Position numbers and translations under genes: made by a program. Positions 18,669 to 20,000 of a stretch of DNA of 20,000 bases are shown here, piece by piece (the stretch's first letter is position 1; every line of letters begins with the position of its first letter). The notes under the pieces are model-generated. The model saw only the letters and a program-made list of their open reading frames with translations, did no database searches and had not been told where the DNA came from. Where the stretch lies: positions 479,509 through 499,508 of the forward strand of contig JBODTK010000122.1 in the NCBI GenBank assembly GCA_050613775.1, in the 5' to 3' direction. The DNA comes from Neocallimastix sp. 'constans' (lineage: Eukaryota).

Positions 18669-19123
18669 AACAAAATAAAACAAATAAACAAACATGGAAA
18701 ATAAATATAAACAGTAGTCATTATTATATGATTTATAAAAATTTATTAATTTTTATTTTTGTTTTAATATTAAAATTATTAGTATTGCTTTAATTTTTTT
18801 TTTTTTTTTTTTTGTCTTTACAATTATTTATATAAATATATTTCTATTTATAATAAAAAAAAAAAAAAAAAATAAAATAATATATATATATATAAATATA
18901 GTATAATTTATTAATCCATCTGATAATTAAAAGAAATTATAATAATAGTAATAATAATAATAATTTAAATCACTTAAAATATAATAAATAAAAAAAAAAA
19001 AAAATTCTAAAATCGCATTTAAAAAAACTGTTAAAAATATAATAAATTTAAAATATAGATTTTTTATTATAAAAATAAATATTAAAAATAATTAATAGAT
19101 TTCAATATATTATAATTTTTTTT

Positions 19124-19968
19124 TTAGTCAATATTCATAATTTCATTGTCATCATTTGTATTATTTTTAATTCTTGAAGAATCATTTTTCTTTGAAAATG
19201 TATTAGAATCATCCAATAATATTATATTTTCATTTTTTGTTAAATTTTTTTTTTCAACTTTTAAATTTGGAGAAGACGAAAATGATATTGGTGTTTTATT
19301 ATTTTTATCATTATTGGAAGATAATAAGTGAGGATTTGTAATGATTTTATTTTCGATAGCTAAATTAACAACCGAATTTTCAATAGAAATCATTTTTTTG
19401 TTTTTAAATATTAATTTATCTGAATTAATTTTTCTTTTACCAAGACTTGAAGAAGAAGATGATGATGAAAAAGATATTTTGGAAGAGCCTCTTTTTTTAT
19501 TTATTTTGGTTTTTTGTAAATTATGATAAAGATCTTTTGATTTATTTTTAGGATTCATCATATGTGATCTATAAGGTTTTGTAATTGACGATTCTGCTTT
19601 AGATTGAGGACGTGAAAGGTTAACATTTTTTGGATGTTGAAGTATTGTTGGGATAGAACTACGCTCTATTGATGATGCATTTTGTGCGTTTTTGATTGAA
19701 CGGGAATGATTATATAAAGGACCATGAGTACTTGAAGAAGTCGAAATATAATGTATAGGTTGAGAATTATGAGATAAATTTGGTAAACGTATTGAAGAAA
19801 TTTTCATTGACGTTTGTGTTGATTTTGGTGTTGGTTTAATTTGAATAGGATTTTCTTCTTTTTTAAAAATTTTTGTTTCCATGATAACATCTTCATCATC
19901 TTCTTCCTTAACTTTTGATAATGATTTCTTTTTTTCCTGATAGTCTTTTGATAAATTTTGAATTAATT
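19124..19968 (-). CDS. Terminal exon of a gene extending beyond the window; low-complexity Ser/Asn/Lys-rich, probably disordered, function unknown
   Basis: The frame of the 252-aa ORF stays open upstream of its ATG (LIQNLSKDYQEKKKSLSKVKEEDDEDVIM..) to a TAG acceptor at 19969-19970; about 280 stop-free codons in AT-rich DNA. Confidence 0.75.
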
Positions 19969-20000
19969 CTATTAATCATTACGCTTATTTGAAATATTTA

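Noticed and set aside
13290..19526. Plus-strand ORFs 13290-13661, 14070-14291, 15205-15396, 16483-16779, 19146-19331 and 19341-19526
   Set aside because: Antisense to minus-strand coding remnants or the terminal exon; no motifs of their own.

Overview
Very AT-rich eukaryotic DNA with short GT-AG introns and long homopolymer runs, most consistent with an anaerobic gut fungus (Neocallimastigomycota; inferred from composition and gene content only). The main gene is an intact 13-exon glycogen debranching enzyme (GDB1/AGL) on the minus strand, 11596->3809, 1676 aa when spliced. Its flanks hold mobile-element debris: a decayed LINE reverse transcriptase (1-620), a decayed Ty1/Copia pol (13070-14597) abutting a bacterial-type AAA-ATPase-like pseudogene (14598-15650), and an unidentified broken reading frame. 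The last exon of a low-complexity gene lies at the right edge. The most interesting signal is four GC-richer islands: A ~2270-2471 (-), B 2473-2940 (-), C 17170-17514 (+) and D 18337-18545 (-). All four carry GGGGAGA, and B, C and D share a 29-nt RAGAGC...ACTG...GGCA motif. They fold into strong stems, B, C and D end in poly(A), and C has a 16-bp target-site duplication. They look like a family of non-LTR retroposon 3' ends or a SINE with a conserved structured RNA element. None of this was checked against databases.
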